Origin: Prochlorococcus marinus subsp. pastoris str. CCMP1986
GTDB taxonomy: Bacteria > Cyanobacteriota > Cyanobacteriia > PCC-6307 > Cyanobiaceae
Assembly (NCBI RefSeq): GCF_000011465.1
Contig: NC_005072.1
Span: forward strand, 1,625,991-1,657,990
Length of the DNA stretch: 32,000 nucleotides
Direction of reading: 5' to 3'
Of the stretch, positions 22,062 to 32,000 are shown piece by piece. The translations under genes and the position numbers were made by a program. A model generated the notes under the pieces. The model saw only the letters and a program-made list of their open reading frames with translations. It ran no database searches and was not told the origin of the DNA. Position 1 is the first letter of the stretch. Each line of letters opens with the position of its first letter.

Positions 22062-23383
22062 TGGCCTTGCAAGATTGATAGATAATTTCTGACATGAGTA
22101 TTCCAACTAAAATGTCTATGGACTCCTTCGATTCCATTTCTACTCCATAACTTCCATTGAGAACTATTTGAAATACCTTTTTCAAGAGCAATTTTCAACT
22201 GATTAATGTCAGTTACATTTACTAATAAGCCATTTTCACATTTTGCATGAATTTCATTAGGACCTCCATCATCTGTAGCAATAATTGGTAAACCACATGA
22301 AGAAGCTTCAAGTAATGTTAATCCAAAAGGTTCTGTTAATGCAGGATTGACAAAAATTCCTCCACTACTAGCTGCCCATCTATATATAGAAGGAATATTT
22401 GCTGGAGAGTGTTTTTTGGGATAGGCCACTTTTCCATATAAATTATATTTGTCTATCATTTCAAAAATCTTTTGGAAAACATCTCTTTGTTGAGAATCAA
22501 GTTTAAATGTATTGTCCCTACAACCTAAAACTAAAACTAAGTTAGTTTTTCTTTTTAATTTTTCTGATCGTCCATAAGCTTCTACTAAAGAAGGAATATT
22601 TTTTCTTCTTACTGCTCTAGAAATAGCCAAAATAGGAGGCTTTCTTATATCTTTCAAAAAAGGAATCATCATATTATCAATTTCAGAGGTCTCGGTTGTT
22701 GAATGAATATGATGAAACTTAGTATGATCAACTCCAGGAGCAATAACTTTTGATTTTTCGGATGAAAAAGAGTGATATTGAGAATATTGAGATACAGATT
22801 CTTGTTTAGTGCTTGTCACAACGATATCCGCATATTTTAAAGACTCTTCTTCTGCATTAATTCTTTCGCTTATACAGTAAAGCTTTTCAATTTGATTAAT
22901 TTTTAAACCAGCCTCGAGTAATTTTCTTTTTTTCTCTCTTCCTAAAGAATGCCCGGTGAAAATAAAAGGTACTTTTAAAGCTTGACTTAATCTAACGCCC
23001 ACATAGCCAGCATCTGCATAATGAGCATGGATAAAGCTTGGCTTATTTTCGTATTTTTGATAATGCTGAATAAGATTTTGAGTTAATTCATCTAAATAAG
23101 GCCAAAATAATTCTTTTCTTAAATACTTATTGGGTCCAAATTGAAATCTTAAAATTCGTGCTCCCGGTGCAATAAATTCTTGCTTTTTTGAATAAGAACT
23201 ATCAATTTTACTATCTTTAATGAGACGTGTAACTATATCAACTTGATCAACCTCTGAAGTATTAGCCAAGCTTTTTACCAATTCCAAAACATATTGCGTT
23301 TGACCACCAGTGTCTGAATCTCTACCTAATTCAAGATTATTAGAACGTATTAAACCATGCAAATGTAAATATAAAAATTTCAA
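21977..23383 (-). CDS. sps: Sucrose-phosphate synthase, glycosyltransferase (GT4) domain only
   Basis: 468 aa: YLHLHGLIRSNNLELGRDSDTGGQTQYVLELVKSL, HAHYADAGYVG, FTGHSLGREKKRKLLEAG, APGVDHTKFH, ILAISRAVRRKNIPSLVEAYG and PALTEPFGLTLLEASSCGLPIIATDDGGPNEI. Requires a TTG start at 23383, since no in-frame ATG lies near the conserved N-terminus. Confidence 0.88.
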   Translation of the reverse strand: MKFLYLHLHGLIRSNNLELGRDSDTGGQTQYVLELVKSLANTSEVDQVDIVTRLIKDSKIDSSYSKKQEFIAPGARILRFQFGPNKYLRKELFWPYLDELTQNLIQHYQKYENKPSFIHAHYADAGYVGVRLSQALKVPFIFTGHSLGREKKRKLLEAGLKINQIEKLYCISERINAEEESLKYADIVVTSTKQESVSQYSQYHSFSSEKSKVIAPGVDHTKFHHIHSTTETSEIDNMMIPFLKDIRKPPILAISRAVRRKNIPSLVEAYGRSEKLKRKTNLVLVLGCRDNTFKLDSQQRDVFQKIFEMIDKYNLYGKVAYPKKHSPANIPSIYRWAASSGGIFVNPALTEPFGLTLLEASSCGLPIIATDDGGPNEIHAKCENGLLVNVTDINQLKIALEKGISNSSQWKLWSRNGIEGVHRHFSWNTHVRNYLSILQGHYEKSTIVSSSGIKESCLKGSSSLIKPH

Positions 23384-23584
23384 ACTAATTTAGGATTTCA
23401 AATTACCCTATTACTAATAAGATATATATTAACGTAGAAATATAAAGAAAACATTATGATTTTTTATTTTAAAAAAGTTATAACTACTAAAAGTCAAACT
23501 ATCATTAATTTTTTACCACTTAAAAAAAAAATAATTTTACAAATTAAATATTAACAATACGAAGAAATATAACTGATTATAAGC

Positions 23585-26485
23585 TTAATTTAAAGCTTCT
23601 TTTAAATATTTAGCTGTATAACTTATTGGATGCTTCGCAACATCTTCAGGTGTACCCTCAACTATAACTTCTCCACCTTTATCACCTCCATCAGGTCCAA
23701 GATCAATTATCCAGTCTGAACATCTAATAACGTCCAAATTATGCTCAATGACAACTACGGAATTACCTTTATCTACTAAACGTTGAATAACATCCATTAA
23801 TTTATGAACATCATAAAAGCTTAACCCAGTTGTTGGCTCATCAATTAAATATAAAGTTTTTCCAGTAGCTCTTTTAGATAATTCAGTTGCTAATTTTACT
23901 CTTTGTGCTTCGCCGCCAGATAGTGTTGGAGCTGGCTGGCCCAACTTCACGTAACCAAGACCTACATCAACTAATGTAGATAATCTATCAGCTGCTTGAG
24001 GGATCGCGGAAAAAGTTTCTGCAGCCTGCTCAACAGTCATTTCTAAAACATCAGAAATATTAAAGCCTTTGTATTTAACTTGAAGAGTTTCTCTATTAAA
24101 ACGAGCTCCCTTACATACATCGCATTGAACATAGACATCGGGTAAAAAATTCATTTCAATTACATTTACTCCTTGTCCTCGACAAGCTTCACATCTACCT
24201 CCTTTTACATTAAAGCTGAATTGCCCAGCTTGATAACCTCTGGCTTTAGCTTCTACAGTCGCAGTAAATAACTGTCTAATTGGATCAAAAGCCCCTGTAT
24301 AAGTTGCAGGGTTTGATCTAGGAGTTCTTCCAATAGGAGATTGATCAATAACAATTACCTTATCTATAGCTTTTATCCCTTTTAACTCTTTAACACCTTT
24401 AGGGAAAGGTACTTTTAAACCAAGAGAATGACTAAGCGCAGGATGTAATAATTCATTAACTAATGTACTTTTTCCACTTCCACTCACTCCGGTTACGGAA
24501 ACTAATCTGCCCAAAGGAAATTCAACTGATATATCTTTTAAATTATTTTTAACGCAGTTATTTAAAATTAAACTTTTCTTGACTGAAGATCTACGTTCTT
24601 TAGGAGTAGGAATCGATTTTCTTCCACTGAGATATGCTCCAGTTAATGACTTCTTTGAATTTAAAACATCTTCAAATGAACCTTTTGCAATAATTTCCCC
24701 TCCATAAACTCCTGCACCTGGTCCAATATCCACTAAGTAATCAGCTGATTTCATAGTATCTTCATCATGTTCAACAACAACAAGAGTATTTCCCAAATCT
24801 CTGAGATTTTTTAAAGTTTCCAGTAATTTATCATTATCTCTTTGGTGTAAACCAATACTAGGTTCATCCAATACATATAAAACACCAGTTAAGCCAGCTC
24901 CAATTTGAGTTGCTAATCTTATACGTTGTGCTTCTCCTCCTGATAAAGTCATTGCTGGTCTATCTAAAGTTAAATAATCTAAACCGACATTAATAAGAAA
25001 CTTTAAACGCAGGCGAATTTCTTTTAAAACTAGTTCACCTATTTGTTTTTGTTTCTCGGATAAAGAAATATTTTCTTTTATATTTTTACTTAACCCCATT
25101 ATTTTCTCGATATTAAATAAAGTTTCTGAGATACTTATAGAGGTCAAATCAGTAATACTGTAAGGCCCAATCTTAACGGCAAGTGCTTCTGGTTTTAATC
25201 TTTTACCAGAACATGTTTTACAAGGGACTAATTCTAAATATTTTTCAAGCTTTTGCTTGACTGATTCTCCATTAGTTTCGGTTAATTGCCTTTCTAAAAT
25301 AGGCAAGATTCCTTCAAAAGGTCTTTCGAAACCACTAGTACCCTTAAAACGACTATCAGCTTGAATTACGATTGGCTTATCAGAACCAGAAAGTAAAACA
25401 TTTTTTTGTAAATCACTCAAATCTTTCCATGGTGTTTTTAATTCAAAACCATAAGCTTGGCCAACTGAATAAAGTAATGAAAAATAATAAGTATTATCTT
25501 TTTCACTCCAAGGAGCTATGGCAGCATAAACAGGTAAAGAAGGGTCAGGTATTACTCTATCTGCAGTAAATTTTTTTAAATATCCAATACCATGGCAATC
25601 AGGGCAGGCACCGTAGGGACTGTTAAAAGAAAATAGTCTTGGAGACAACTCTTCGACAATAGATCCATGAATTGGACATGCATAATTCTCTGAATATAAC
25701 TTTTCTTTATCTAGATTCGGAGGTAGAGTTTCGCCTTTTTTTGGAACAACTTCTACGATAGAGAGTCCATCCCCTCTTTTAAGGCAAGTTTGTAAAGAGT
25801 CATTCAATCTTTCCTGAATTCCCTCTCTCGCAATCAATCGATCAACTACTACCTCAATATTATGAGTATGGTTTTTGTCTAGTTCAATACTATCTGCAAG
25901 TTCCCTTACCTCACCATTAATTCTTACTCGAGCAAAGCCTTCTGCTGCTAATCCACTAAGTAATTTTGCATGAGTTCCTTTTTTACCCCTCACAACAGGT
26001 GCAAGTAATTGATATCTTGTTCCTTCGGGCAGCAAAACTATTTGATCAACCATCTCATCAATTGTCTGCGGAGCAATAGGTAGACCACAGTGGTGACAAT
26101 GGGGTTCTCCGGCTCGACCAAATAATAATCTTAAATAATCTTGTATCTCAGTTACAGTTCCAACAGTTGATCGAGGATTATGGCTCGTTGATTTTTGATC
26201 TATGGATATAGCAGGGGATAAGCCCTCAATATTATCTACATCTGGTTTATCAACTTGACCTAAAAATTGTCTTGCATAAGCAGAAAGACTTTCTACATAT
26301 CTCCTCTGTCCTTCAGCAAAAATAGTATCAAAAGCCAAAGAGCTCTTACCACTTCCACTAACACCTGTAAAAACAATAAATTTATTTCTTGGAAGAGTTA
26401 GATCTATATTCTTTAAATTATGTTGTCGAGCGCCTCGAATCTTAATTGAATTATCTTCATTAATACCTATATTTTTTTTAACCAT
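23585..26485 (-). CDS. uvrA: Excinuclease ABC subunit A
   Basis: 966 aa. IKIRGARQHNLKNIDLTLPRNKFIVFTGVSGSGKSSLAFDTI, SYARQFLGQVDKPDVD, zinc-finger cysteines CHHCGLPI and CEACRGQGV...CDVCKGARFN, LSGGEAQRIRLATQIG and LSGGEAQRVKLATEL. Confidence 0.99.
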   Translation of the reverse strand: MVKKNIGINEDNSIKIRGARQHNLKNIDLTLPRNKFIVFTGVSGSGKSSLAFDTIFAEGQRRYVESLSAYARQFLGQVDKPDVDNIEGLSPAISIDQKSTSHNPRSTVGTVTEIQDYLRLLFGRAGEPHCHHCGLPIAPQTIDEMVDQIVLLPEGTRYQLLAPVVRGKKGTHAKLLSGLAAEGFARVRINGEVRELADSIELDKNHTHNIEVVVDRLIAREGIQERLNDSLQTCLKRGDGLSIVEVVPKKGETLPPNLDKEKLYSENYACPIHGSIVEELSPRLFSFNSPYGACPDCHGIGYLKKFTADRVIPDPSLPVYAAIAPWSEKDNTYYFSLLYSVGQAYGFELKTPWKDLSDLQKNVLLSGSDKPIVIQADSRFKGTSGFERPFEGILPILERQLTETNGESVKQKLEKYLELVPCKTCSGKRLKPEALAVKIGPYSITDLTSISISETLFNIEKIMGLSKNIKENISLSEKQKQIGELVLKEIRLRLKFLINVGLDYLTLDRPAMTLSGGEAQRIRLATQIGAGLTGVLYVLDEPSIGLHQRDNDKLLETLKNLRDLGNTLVVVEHDEDTMKSADYLVDIGPGAGVYGGEIIAKGSFEDVLNSKKSLTGAYLSGRKSIPTPKERRSSVKKSLILNNCVKNNLKDISVEFPLGRLVSVTGVSGSGKSTLVNELLHPALSHSLGLKVPFPKGVKELKGIKAIDKVIVIDQSPIGRTPRSNPATYTGAFDPIRQLFTATVEAKARGYQAGQFSFNVKGGRCEACRGQGVNVIEMNFLPDVYVQCDVCKGARFNRETLQVKYKGFNISDVLEMTVEQAAETFSAIPQAADRLSTLVDVGLGYVKLGQPAPTLSGGEAQRVKLATELSKRATGKTLYLIDEPTTGLSFYDVHKLMDVIQRLVDKGNSVVVIEHNLDVIRCSDWIIDLGPDGGDKGGEVIVEGTPEDVAKHPISYTAKYLKEALN

Positions 26486-26539
26486 GCTTAAATCTTAAAA
26501 TGATTTAAAGAACACTTATTATAGTGTAAATTTTTTAAA

Positions 26540-28219
26540 TTATGCGGCTGCTCTATCTATAAGTGTCGATGCATAATTATTTGCTTCACTAAAACCGCCA
26601 CCTATAAGTTCAATTAACTCATTTTGTCTTTCTTTTTTAGTAATTAATTTCGTTATAGAAGTAAAGGTTATTCCATTAATAACATTTTTCTTAACTTTAA
26701 AATGAGTATTGCCGGTTGCTGCTAAAAAAGGCTGATGAGTGATACACAAAACCTGCCTTTCCTGTGCAGTCAATTTTATTAAATCCACTAAAGAATGTAA
26801 TGATTTTCCACTTAAACCATTATCAATTTCATCTAAGAAAAAAGTGTTAGGTTTTTGAGAAATGCTAGATTTTATTGCTAATAAAAATCTTGACATTTCA
26901 CCACCAGAAATAACTTTAGATAATGGAGCCAACTTTTGATCAGGATTTGCAGAAAAAAGGAAGTCTATATTTTCATTGCCTTCTGAAGAAGCTGTAACTT
27001 TTGAGAATTTAATTGAAAAATCTGCATTTTCTAAACCTAAATTTTTCAAAATAGAAATTACAGAATCTTGAAGCTGATAAGCAGTTTTTCTTCTTTGAAA
27101 AGACTGCACCTCAAAAAGAGTATTTAAATTAGCTTGCGAATTATTAATTTGAATATCCAACGTCTTAATCTCTTCCTCAAATAAATTTGTATCTACAAAT
27201 TTTTTTAATTCATCTTTCTTCAAAATCAATTTTGGTAGTTCTAAAGAAAAAGTTCGCTCTAAATTTTGCAAATAAAATAATCTTTTTTGAATTTCTTCCA
27301 AACTAATATCCTCATTCTCAAGTTCTTCCGAATATTCTGTTAAAGCAAAAATTAAATTTTCTACATCACTTTGAATATTCATCAAATTTTCATATAAATC
27401 TTTAATCTTTGAATCATATTGAACTACTTTGCTTAATTGTTTTATTGATTGAGCAATTAAATAACTAATTGATGGAGCCTCATTTTTATAGCTATTTAAA
27501 TTATCAAGTGATAATTGTATAGAGTTATTGATATCAAAATTATTCGAAAGTCGCAGTTCCTTTGATTGTAATTCAAAAATTTCATTACCTGAATTTAAAT
27601 TAGCTTCCTCCAATACTTTATACATCTCTTTAATTACAAAATTATTTTCTTCTTTCTGTTTATATGAGTGCATCATATCTTGTCTTCTTTTTCTAAGATT
27701 CTGAAATTCTTGCCACATATTTTTAATTTCAAAATTTATCGTCTTTAATTCTTTGGAACCTAAATCATCAATTATTGATCTTCTATAGTCTTGATTATCA
27801 TATAAAACGCTATCAGATTGTCCAGCAAAATCTACTAATAATAAACCTAACTCTTCCAAAAGCTTTTTACTGATAGAAAAATTATTTATAGTATATTTTG
27901 AAAGAATTTTATTATTTTTTATGTAAGATTTTCTTTTTACGAATATTTCTCCTGAGATTTTATAAAAACCATTTTTCGAAAACCAATCAGTGACTTGAGA
28001 AGAATTTGAAAATTTCGCCTCGATTAAACATTCTTCTTTTCCTGGACGTATTAAGTGATTTAAAGGTATATTAGATCCACCGAATAAAACATTTAAGGAG
28101 TCTAAAATCAAGGATTTTCCTGATCCTGAATCTCCAGTAAAAATATTCAAACCTTTTTCGAAATTAATTTCTATAATCTCTATTAAGGCAATATTTTTTA
28201 AAGTTAATTGTATTAACAT
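26540..28219 (-). CDS. recN: DNA repair protein RecN
   Basis: IQLTLKNIALIEIIEINFEKGLNIFTGDSGSGKSLILDSLNVLFGG (Walker A), a coiled-coil-rich middle, and SKVISGGEMSRFLLAIKSS...FFLDEIDNGLSGKSLHSL...QVLCITHQPFLAA. The ORF track extends to a TTG at 28237; the ATG at 28219 gives the canonical MLIQLTLKN start. Confidence 0.94.
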   Translation of the reverse strand: MLIQLTLKNIALIEIIEINFEKGLNIFTGDSGSGKSLILDSLNVLFGGSNIPLNHLIRPGKEECLIEAKFSNSSQVTDWFSKNGFYKISGEIFVKRKSYIKNNKILSKYTINNFSISKKLLEELGLLLVDFAGQSDSVLYDNQDYRRSIIDDLGSKELKTINFEIKNMWQEFQNLRKRRQDMMHSYKQKEENNFVIKEMYKVLEEANLNSGNEIFELQSKELRLSNNFDINNSIQLSLDNLNSYKNEAPSISYLIAQSIKQLSKVVQYDSKIKDLYENLMNIQSDVENLIFALTEYSEELENEDISLEEIQKRLFYLQNLERTFSLELPKLILKKDELKKFVDTNLFEEEIKTLDIQINNSQANLNTLFEVQSFQRRKTAYQLQDSVISILKNLGLENADFSIKFSKVTASSEGNENIDFLFSANPDQKLAPLSKVISGGEMSRFLLAIKSSISQKPNTFFLDEIDNGLSGKSLHSLVDLIKLTAQERQVLCITHQPFLAATGNTHFKVKKNVINGITFTSITKLITKKERQNELIELIGGGFSEANNYASTLIDRAAA

Positions 28220-28288
28220 GATAATTCTTTCATACAAAAAAATTAACTCCTTTTTGAGGAAAATAAAAGGGTTTAAATAAATAAAGTT

Positions 28289-30145
28289 ATGAATGAAGAT
28301 TATAAAGATTTTATAGAAGCATCAGGATTACTAAAATATGATCCTGCAATAATTTCAAAAATTTATCAAAAAAATCCTAGTCGACTATTAAAAAGACTTT
28401 GGCAGACCTTAATCCCAATATTTTTATATATTATTTCAGTTGGATGGGATAAATTAACAGGACAATTAAAAAAAGAATCAAAAGCAAGATTTAGAGCAAA
28501 ACAACTAACGAATTTATTAGTAGAATTAGGGCCTGCATTCGTTAAAGCAGGGCAAGCTTTATCAACCAGACCAGATATTATTCCTGTTATTCTTCTTGAA
28601 GAACTTTCTGAACTTCAAGATCAATTACCAGGATTTGATGGAAATAAAGCAATGGAATTAATAGAAGAAGATTTAAATAAAAAAATTGATGAGATTTTTT
28701 TAACCATAGATAAAGACCCTATTTCTGCAGCATCTTTAGGACAAGTTCATAAAGCTGTTCTAAAGAATAAAGAAATCGTAGCTGTAAAAGTTCAAAGGCC
28801 AGGTTTAAGAGAACAAATCACACTTGATTTATATATAGTTAGGAATATTGCTAATTGGTTAAAAAATAATATTGGACTTATAAGAAGTGATCTTGTCGCT
28901 TTAATTGATGAGTTAGGAAAGAGAGTTTTTGAAGAAATGGATTATTTAAATGAAGCTGAAAATGCTGAAAAATTTAGAAATCTGCATCTCCATAACTCAA
29001 AAATTGCTGTACCAAAAATTTATAAAGAAACTACTTCACGAAGAGTCTTAACAATGGAATGGATAGATGGGACAAAGCTAACTAATCTTGAGGGCGTTAA
29101 AAATTTAGGAATTGATCCTGATGAAATGATTGAAATTGGAGTGCAATGTAGTTTAGAGCAATTATTAGAGCATGGATTTTTTCATGCTGACCCACATCCA
29201 GGAAATTTGTTAGCTTTAAAAGATGGCAGATTATGTTATTTAGATTTCGGGATGATGAGTGAAGTTTCTAGGAGTTCCAGATCTGGTTTAATTCAAGCAG
29301 TAGTTCATCTTGTAAATAAAAATTTTGATAAATTATCCCAAGATTTTGTTAAGTTAGGTTTTCTTTCAAAAGAAGTTAATCTTGAACCTATTGTTCCAGC
29401 TTTTCAAGATGTATTTGTAAATGCAGTAGAACTTGGTGTATCAAAAATGGATTTCAAAAGTGTAACTGACGACATGTCAGGGGTAATGTATAAATTTCCC
29501 TTTCAGTTACCTCCATATTATGCTCTTATAATTAGATCTCTACTAACGTTAGAAGGAATTGCTTTAAGTGTAGATCCTGATTTTAAAATACTTGGTGCAG
29601 CTTATCCTTATTTTGCAAGAAGATTAATGGAAGACCCTGATCCTCAATTAAGAGAAAGTTTAAAAGAAATGCTTTTTGATAAAAAACAATTTAAATGGGA
29701 CAGATTAGAAGATTTACTCTCTAATGCTGCAAAACAAACGAACCTCGATTTAGAAAAACTTCTTGATGAAGTTATAAATCTTCTATTTTCTCCAAAAGGG
29801 GGATTTCTAAGAGATGAGATTATTAATGGTTTAACTAGCCAAATAGATTTGATAGGCTTGAAGTTATTAAAAAGCGTCAATAATTTCCTTCCTAAATCAA
29901 TAAAATTAAATGTTGATAAAGAAAACAACAATTTAAATGATTTAATATTGTCTATTGAACCCTTCAAAAACTTTTTAGAAATCATACAAAAGATACCAGG
30001 TTATTCTATTGATATCTTTTTAAAAAGAATGCCAAGACTTATAAGTGAACCATATACAAAAGAAATGAGTTTTAAAATAGCGAAAAAGGTGACAGAAAAA
30101 GGTGTAGTCAGGCTTGTAAAAATTGCTGCTGGTTCAACAATATAA
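28289..30145 (+). CDS. ABC1/UbiB (AarF) family atypical protein kinase
   Basis: 618 aa. ELGPAFVKAGQALSTRPDIIPVILLEELSELQDQLPGF (KxGQ motif), AASLGQVHKAVLKNKEIVAVKVQRPGL, VLTMEWIDGTKL, FFHADPHPGNLLALKDGRLCYLDFGMM. Confidence 0.95.
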   Translation: MNEDYKDFIEASGLLKYDPAIISKIYQKNPSRLLKRLWQTLIPIFLYIISVGWDKLTGQLKKESKARFRAKQLTNLLVELGPAFVKAGQALSTRPDIIPVILLEELSELQDQLPGFDGNKAMELIEEDLNKKIDEIFLTIDKDPISAASLGQVHKAVLKNKEIVAVKVQRPGLREQITLDLYIVRNIANWLKNNIGLIRSDLVALIDELGKRVFEEMDYLNEAENAEKFRNLHLHNSKIAVPKIYKETTSRRVLTMEWIDGTKLTNLEGVKNLGIDPDEMIEIGVQCSLEQLLEHGFFHADPHPGNLLALKDGRLCYLDFGMMSEVSRSSRSGLIQAVVHLVNKNFDKLSQDFVKLGFLSKEVNLEPIVPAFQDVFVNAVELGVSKMDFKSVTDDMSGVMYKFPFQLPPYYALIIRSLLTLEGIALSVDPDFKILGAAYPYFARRLMEDPDPQLRESLKEMLFDKKQFKWDRLEDLLSNAAKQTNLDLEKLLDEVINLLFSPKGGFLRDEIINGLTSQIDLIGLKLLKSVNNFLPKSIKLNVDKENNNLNDLILSIEPFKNFLEIIQKIPGYSIDIFLKRMPRLISEPYTKEMSFKIAKKVTEKGVVRLVKIAAGSTI

Positions 30146-30721
30146 ATGAAATTTTCAAAAAGTTTATTTCCTAGAATTTTTTTAATATTATTTATTAATC
30201 AAATATTTTTTAATGTTCCAAAAGCTCAATCTGCGGAAAAAATTAAAATTATATACAGTATTTTTTCAAGAACAGTAACTGTCGATTCTTTAAAAACTTT
30301 CGCTGAAAGCGGTAATTCATCAAAATCATTAAGAAAAATTTTAAATGCAACTGATTCTTCAGATGAAAAGATTCAATCAATATTAAATAACGAATTTGAA
30401 ATACCTATAACTATTGCAAGTAAATTAGTATATTCCGAAATAGGTAATGTTTTTTTAAATAGACTTTCATCTATACTTCACACCCCTAACACCAATGATG
30501 AAAGAACAGGTATGTTAGCCCTCAGATCTAGTATTATAAAAGGTTTATATACTGGGAACGGAAAAATAAATCTTGTAAGTTTTTTTGAAAGTTATCCAAC
30601 TAAAACTGTTATTTTAAACGTAAACGCTTTGAGTAAAGTTATGAATAAAGTACAATCAATATCAGAATTATTAGATTTCTTTACTAGCAAGCCCTTAGAA
30701 AAGATCAAAACAATTAAGTAA
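30146..30721 (+). CDS. Predicted secreted or membrane-anchored protein with a DUF1400-like domain (191 aa)
   Basis: N-terminal signal-like segment [33 protein letters not shown]. The remainder ([35 protein letters not shown]..., [43 protein letters not shown]) resembles the N-terminal DUF1400 region of cyanobacterial alpha/beta hydrolases. The hydrolase domain is absent. Confidence 0.68.
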   Translation: MKFSKSLFPRIFLILFINQIFFNVPKAQSAEKIKIIYSIFSRTVTVDSLKTFAESGNSSKSLRKILNATDSSDEKIQSILNNEFEIPITIASKLVYSEIGNVFLNRLSSILHTPNTNDERTGMLALRSSIIKGLYTGNGKINLVSFFESYPTKTVILNVNALSKVMNKVQSISELLDFFTSKPLEKIKTIK

Positions 30722-30723
30722 CT

Positions 30724-31827
30724 ATGTCAATATTAAATAAAATTAAAAACAAATTTTCTTTTAATTACAGAAAAAAAAGATGGCCAGGATTAATCAATGC
30801 ATATAAACAATATCTACCAGTTTCCTCTAAAACTCCCATCATATCCTTAAATGAAGGAAATACTCCTCTTATTCTCAGCAAATCAATTAGTGATTTAATT
30901 GGAAACGATACTAAAGTTTATTTAAAATATGATGGTCTTAACCCCACTGGTTCTTTCAAGGACAGAGGTATGACGATGGCGATAAGTAAAGCAAAGGAGG
31001 AAGGACGTGAAGCGGTAATATGCGCTAGTACAGGAAATACTTCTGCAGCTGCAGCGGCTTATGCTTCAAGAGGTGGTTTAAAATCTTATGTATTAATTCC
31101 AGATGGATATGTAGCTCAAGGAAAACTTGCTCAAGCTTTAATGTACGGAGCAGAAATCATATCTATACAAGGTAATTTTGATAAAGCTTTAGAAATTGTC
31201 AGGAAGTTGTCTTCCGAATATCCGATTAATCTTGTAAATTCTGTAAATCCTTACCGAATACAAGGTCAAAAGACTGCAGCATTTGAAATAGTAGATGACT
31301 TAGGTATTGCTCCTGATTGGCTATGTATACCAATGGGTAATGCGGGTAATATAACCGCTTATTGGTTGGGTTTTAAAGAATATGCAAAAATTAAGAAAAA
31401 TTTAAAATTGCCATTAATGATGGGATTTCAATCTGAAGGATCTGCACCTTTAGTGAAAAATATTATAGTTCAAGATCCTGAAACAATCGCGACAGCTATT
31501 CGAATTGGAAATCCTGTAAATAGAGATAAAGCAAAAATCGTTAAAAAAGAAAGTAAAGGAGATTTTCAATCTGTAACTGACGAAGAGATTATTGTAGCTT
31601 ATAAAATGCTTGCAAAAGAAGGTATTTTCTGTGAACCAGCAAGCGCAGCTTCAGTGGCGGGACTTATTAAAAATAAAAACAGAATAAAAAAAGAATCAAC
31701 AATAGTTTGTGTATTAACAGGAAATGGATTAAAAGATCCGGATTGTGCGATTAAAAATAACGATGCTATATTTCAGAAAAATATTGAACCTTCGTTAAAA
31801 AACATAACAAAAATTTTGGGATACTAA
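30724..31827 (+). CDS. thrC: Threonine synthase
   Basis: 367 aa. [49 protein letters not shown] (PLP lysine region), [40 protein letters not shown] and [13 protein letters not shown]. Confidence 0.96.
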   Translation: MSILNKIKNKFSFNYRKKRWPGLINAYKQYLPVSSKTPIISLNEGNTPLILSKSISDLIGNDTKVYLKYDGLNPTGSFKDRGMTMAISKAKEEGREAVICASTGNTSAAAAAYASRGGLKSYVLIPDGYVAQGKLAQALMYGAEIISIQGNFDKALEIVRKLSSEYPINLVNSVNPYRIQGQKTAAFEIVDDLGIAPDWLCIPMGNAGNITAYWLGFKEYAKIKKNLKLPLMMGFQSEGSAPLVKNIIVQDPETIATAIRIGNPVNRDKAKIVKKESKGDFQSVTDEEIIVAYKMLAKEGIFCEPASAASVAGLIKNKNRIKKESTIVCVLTGNGLKDPDCAIKNNDAIFQKNIEPSLKNITKILGY

Positions 31828-31849
31828 CTAAACCAAAAATAAAAGTGAC

Positions 31850-31978
31850 TGTGGAAATAATTAAATACTCCTAAAGAAACTGTTGAAAAACCATCGAAAA
31901 AAAACCAAAAATGTTGATGATTTTAAAAACATTTTTTATTAGTTCACATCTATCAACATTTATGCTTTTTTTTCCACC
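31850..31978. promoter_or_regulatory. Candidate DnaA-box cluster (possible part of oriC)
   Basis: Three 8/9 matches to the cyanobacterial-type DnaA box TTTTCCACA: ATTTCCACA (minus strand, 31850-31858), TTTTCAACA (minus strand, 31881-31889) and TTTTCCACC (plus strand, 31970-31978). A looser 7/9 match to TTATCCACA, CTATCAACA, lies at 31950-31958. Confidence 0.4.
31909..31961. repeat. Perfect 10-bp inverted repeat with a 33-nt spacer
   Basis: AAATGTTGAT at 31909-31918 is the exact reverse complement of ATCAACATTT at 31952-31961, in the non-coding region after thrC. Confidence 0.7.
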
Positions 31979-32000
31979 TTCTTATTTCTGTTAACCATCA

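Noticed and set aside
23384-23584. 201-nt AT-rich spacer between uvrA and sps considered for a small RNA or tRNA
   Set aside because: Only A/T-rich runs are visible; no cloverleaf, no stable GC-containing stem and no clear repeat.
25372-25569. Plus-strand ORF of 65 aa inside uvrA
   Set aside because: Antisense to conserved uvrA sequence.
29644-29985. Minus-strand ORF of 113 aa inside the ABC1 kinase gene
   Set aside because: Antisense to the kinase C-terminal region; serine/leucine/phenylalanine-rich translation reflects complement bias.

Overview
This window is a compact, AT-rich block of core genes that looks like a marine picocyanobacterial (Prochlorococcus, high-light-like) chromosome. 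I infer the lineage from gene content and protein sequences, not from a database search. Supported coding features, in order: queC 3' end, pabB, pabC-like lyase, cobA, an MFS transporter, ppk, a group 2 sigma70 factor, a phytol/dolichol kinase-like membrane protein, DAHP synthase, acnB, a ClC channel, purU, an FAD oxidoreductase, dnaK, aroE, rpsF, argG, a small membrane protein, a DUF3134-like protein, mraY, a short conserved-looking ORF, sps, uvrA, recN, an ABC1/UbiB kinase, a DUF1400-like protein and thrC. I found no tRNA or rRNA genes, CRISPR array, transposon, prophage or defence island, and no convincing novel multi-gene system. The best leads are modest: (1) the gene-free right end after thrC has three near-match DnaA boxes and a perfect 10-bp inverted repeat, so it may be part of the replication origin region upstream of dnaN; (2) the short glycosyltransferase-only sucrose-phosphate synthase has its C-terminal codons overlapping a convergent small ORF by 85 nt; (3) several convergent gene pairs have almost no gap for terminators; (4) a stand-alone secreted DUF1400-like protein sits in a tight cluster with an ABC1 kinase and thrC.
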